Under the pieces are notes generated by a model, which was not told the origin of the DNA, made no database searches, and worked only from the letters and a program-made list of their open reading frames with translations. Of a stretch of 56,067 nucleotides of DNA, positions 53,405 through 56,067 are shown in pieces. The translations under genes were made by a program, and so were the position numbers. The DNA is from Campylobacterota bacterium (GTDB lineage: Bacteria; Campylobacterota; Campylobacteria; Campylobacterales; Sulfurimonadaceae). The number at the start of each line of letters is the position of its first letter. The stretch's first letter is position 1. The DNA lies in NCBI GenBank assembly GCA_034659115.1, contig JAYEGN010000025.1, positions 1-56,067 on the forward strand, given 5' to 3'.

Positions 53405-53724
53405 TGCTAGAAAACTCAGTTTGGAGACAGTATAACAAAGAAAATAACTACAGAGAGATGTTGGCTCGTTGGTGTAAAATGGATATTGATATACTTATAC
53501 AAGATGATAAAACTCTATATGAAATACTAAAAGCAAAACTTACAAAAAAAGAGCTAAAACTATTTGCTATGGACTCAGCTCAGATGAGTGATGAGGAGTT
53601 AAAAACTGCTCTTAACGCAAGTGATGAAGAGTTAGAAAAAGCAAAACAAAAACTCTATAAAAAACTAAAACAAGACAAGGTAAGACTTCCCTTTAGAGAG
53701 TCAGCACTTACTTACGACTCATAA
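53404..53724 (+). CDS. Hypothetical protein with possible C-terminal helix-turn-helix
   Basis: 106 aa, coupled to serB by a TAATG overlap; LTKKELKLF..MSDEELKTALN resembles sigma region 4/LuxR HTH. Confidence 0.6.
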   Translation: MLENSVWRQYNKENNYREMLARWCKMDIDILIQDDKTLYEILKAKLTKKELKLFAMDSAQMSDEELKTALNASDEELEKAKQKLYKKLKQDKVRLPFRESALTYDS

Positions 53725-53726
53725 AA

Positions 53727-55439
53727 TCATTTGAGTATTATTCTAAATGATACTCTTCTTGACTTCTCTCTATCTTCATTTTCATTAAAAGTGACCTTTT
53801 TAGAGTAGCTTAAACCACTTCCTTTAAATTTTTTTGTTAGCCATTTTTGAGTATTTAAGTCTTGATTTTGGAAAATAAACTTTAGTGTTGCAAATGAACG
53901 ATTCATAGAGAGTTTTACATTGTTTAGATATCTAGAACTAAAATCAACACCGTTCCATTCACTTGATGTGTGACCATCTATCTCTATAGAGTGTATCTGT
54001 TTTTGATGTTCATGTAAAAAAGGAATTAAGATTTTACAAAACTTAGATAAGTATCGCTTCTGCACATCACTTAGATTATATTTTGCAACATCAAAATAGA
54101 GCTTGGTATCTGTAAACTCTATGTTCAACTCTTTGTCTATTTTTAGTTTGTGAGATGCTATATCATCTTTAAAGAGTCTTTGAAGTTCTTCATAGATATC
54201 TACCGATGGAGTTGCTTTTTTTGCGATAGTAGCATCTCTGTTTAGCTTTACTATCCACATGTTGGATTCCTCTGAACCCTCTTGTGTTCTTATTCCAGCA
54301 GCAGCAGCTTGAGAGTTGTGAAGTGTAGTAACTGCATTTAAGATATCGTAATTTTCCTCACCATAATGTTCTTGATGCAGTAGATTAAGAGCGTTATCAA
54401 GAAGCATCACTAAGGCATCCGTGTTGTAAGCATCTCGTACATAGCCAACACCTATAAGGGAGCTATTTGAATACTCTTTTATATCTAGTAGTCCACTTGA
54501 GTAGGTTGTATGTATGATTTTGTCAAAAAGAACATTTTTTTGAATATCAAATTTTATAAGTCTAATCTTCTCTTTATTCATCTCATCTTTTTGATTTAAG
54601 GAAATTAAAAAATTATCATCTCTGAGTCTAATAATTTTATAGGGCGTAATGACCTCTTTTGTCTTGTAATGTTTTAACCAAATCTTATCTCCATTTTCAT
54701 TTATACGCATAAGTGTTAGATGTTTATTGTTTTCATATCTTGTTGTGCTTATAACAAGGATGGAGCCATCAAACGCTTCAACTGCATCTATCCCTCTGTC
54801 ATCATATATAGTACCATATTTTTTACTCCAAAGTTTTCTTCCATCTTTTGAAAATCTAGTTAGGTATATATCATTTAAGCCTAAGCCAGTTTCAAATAAA
54901 CTATCATGTTGTGAACGGGAGCTAATGGATGAACCTATAGCTAAAACACCGCCATCACTTAGTTTGATGAGATTGTTCATTCTGTCATAATTTTTTGTAC
55001 CAAATGTTTTTTTGAAAATAAGGTTCGCATCTGAATCAACCTTTAAAATAAGAAGCGAGCCATCAAGGGTATAACCACCTATATAGTAGCCATTGGCTGG
55101 AGTTTTAACTAAAGCAATCGCTTTAGAAAATTTAGACATTTTTGTAGTTTTGTTAAGTGTTATATCTGCGTATCTATTAACTTTTATAAGTTGCATCTGG
55201 GAGCCGTGGGCATCAGCTATGCTAGATAAATAATCAAAAGCATCTGTGTATGTGTTGTTTTTATGATGTGATTCTTGCTTGTACTTTTTGGAAAAACCGA
55301 TAGCACTTATCTGTCTGTCATAATCTTGCGTAATATCTAAAAGAGCATCATTAAATGGCTCATCTATGATAACTGAAAAATCTGTATTTTTTGCATAAAG
55401 CGAACTGAGTAAGAGTAGTAGAATAAAGAGTTTTTGCAT
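53727..55439 (-). CDS. Exported beta-propeller protein with C-terminal OmpA/MotB-like peptidoglycan-binding domain
   Basis: Signal peptide; repeated WxKxYG and DG-x(4)-G blade motifs; IEIDGHTS..N.KLS.NR..SRRVSF. Confidence 0.8.
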   Translation of the reverse strand: MQKLFILLLLLSSLYAKNTDFSVIIDEPFNDALLDITQDYDRQISAIGFSKKYKQESHHKNNTYTDAFDYLSSIADAHGSQMQLIKVNRYADITLNKTTKMSKFSKAIALVKTPANGYYIGGYTLDGSLLILKVDSDANLIFKKTFGTKNYDRMNNLIKLSDGGVLAIGSSISSRSQHDSLFETGLGLNDIYLTRFSKDGRKLWSKKYGTIYDDRGIDAVEAFDGSILVISTTRYENNKHLTLMRINENGDKIWLKHYKTKEVITPYKIIRLRDDNFLISLNQKDEMNKEKIRLIKFDIQKNVLFDKIIHTTYSSGLLDIKEYSNSSLIGVGYVRDAYNTDALVMLLDNALNLLHQEHYGEENYDILNAVTTLHNSQAAAAGIRTQEGSEESNMWIVKLNRDATIAKKATPSVDIYEELQRLFKDDIASHKLKIDKELNIEFTDTKLYFDVAKYNLSDVQKRYLSKFCKILIPFLHEHQKQIHSIEIDGHTSSEWNGVDFSSRYLNNVKLSMNRSFATLKFIFQNQDLNTQKWLTKKFKGSGLSYSKKVTFNENEDREKSRRVSFRIILK

Positions 55440-55503
55440 ATGAATACTTTTTTAGAGTAAATATAGCAAAAAATATTCCTAAATTTAATGCAGAGTAACT
55501 TTC

Positions 55504-55583
55504 CTCGTTCCATCTCTCCCGAGATGCAATGCATACAGTAGCAACACAAAGACTACACTGCACCTCAGAAGAGGTCTAACGAG
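55504..55583. repeat. REP-like inverted doublet, copy 2
   Basis: CTCGTTCCATCTCTCCCGAGATG is identical over 23 nt to copy 1; inverted unit CACCTC-AGAA-GAGGT..AACGAG. Confidence 0.75.
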
Positions 55584-55608
55584 AGAAACTTTAAACAAAA
55601 GTAAATAT

Positions 55609-55637
55609 TTGACTTTCTCAATAGTATTATATATAAT
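55609..55637 (+). promoter_or_regulatory. Sigma70-type promoter of the PIN toxin gene
   Basis: TTGACT (55609-55614), 17-bp spacer, TATAAT (55632-55637); ATG 6 nt later with no SD. Confidence 0.7.
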
Positions 55638-55643
55638 ATCACT

Positions 55644-56057
55644 ATGAAACATAAAATAGTATTAGATACAAATGTACTAGTTACAGCTTTATTATCTCGT
55701 AATGGTGCTTCTTTCAAGTTATTATCACTCATTGATGATAAAAAAATTGAACTAGTGTTATCTGCACCTTTAGTAAAAGAGTATGAAGATGTTTTATCAA
55801 GAGAGAAATTTGCTTTTAATAATGATAGCATTAAAGATATACTTGATTATCTTTGCCTCATATCTTCACATCATAAAATATACTATTTATGGAGACCTAT
55901 TTTAAAAGATTTTAAAGACGATATGGTCTTAGAGTTAGCGGTCAAGGCAAATGCAATTATTGTGACACATAATAAAAAAGATTTTGAGGGTGCTAGTAAA
56001 TTTAATTTGCCAGTACTGAGTGCAAGTGAGTTTTTACATCTACTAGGAGAAATATAA
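55644..56057 (+). CDS. PIN-domain putative toxin (TIGR00305/PIN_3-like)
   Basis: VLDTNVLV, EYEDVL, DFKDDMVLELAV, IVTHNKKDF. Confidence 0.88.
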   Translation: MKHKIVLDTNVLVTALLSRNGASFKLLSLIDDKKIELVLSAPLVKEYEDVLSREKFAFNNDSIKDILDYLCLISSHHKIYYLWRPILKDFKDDMVLELAVKANAIIVTHNKKDFEGASKFNLPVLSASEFLHLLGEI

Positions 56058-56067
56058 TGGCAGCAGT
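56057..56067 (+). CDS. Truncated start of a downstream ORF (candidate antitoxin)
   Basis: TAATG stop/start overlap with AGGAG RBS upstream; only MAA is visible. Confidence 0.45.

Noticed and set aside
53727-55439. Zorya anti-phage system
   Set aside because: Only a ZorB-like domain is present; no zorA, zorC, zorD or zorE is in the window.
55360-55831. Short minus-strand ORFs of 67, 61 and 88 aa
   Set aside because: They overlap the propeller gene, the REP doublet or the PIN gene; likely shadow ORFs.

Overview
AT-rich chromosomal window from a Campylobacterota bacterium; gene content suggests Sulfurimonas or a close relative (inference). Most of it is housekeeping: feoAB, an OmpR/ArsS-type two-component pair, mltF, nadD-rsfS, gap-pgk-tpiA-fabI, tRNA-Arg(GCG), grpE-dnaK, prs-lepA-comF, trpA, panB-ruvB, waaC and a lipid A acyltransferase, hisH-hisA-cheY-prmA-ftsH-pssA, metF-serS-pflB and serB. 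Accessory loci include a Tat-exported molybdoenzyme operon in B-C-A order, a TonB-dependent receptor/YfiR-like/GGDEF-EAL operon, an 842-aa protein built from 176-aa tandem repeats, a beta-propeller fused to a ZorB-like OmpA domain, and a PIN toxin at the right edge. The clearest signal not covered by the ORF track is a 161-bp non-coding element present in three identical copies (32920-33080, 41517-41677 inverted, 50369-50529). It has 18-bp perfect terminal inverted repeats and 5-bp flanking duplications, folds end to end into one long hairpin with G.U-type mismatches, and twice lies directly after a TATAAT hexamer. A second, unrelated REP-like inverted doublet occurs twice (16689-16762, 55504-55583). 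At least seven genes look leaderless. No CRISPR array, transposase, integrase or prophage gene was seen. All product calls come from motif recognition, not database searches.
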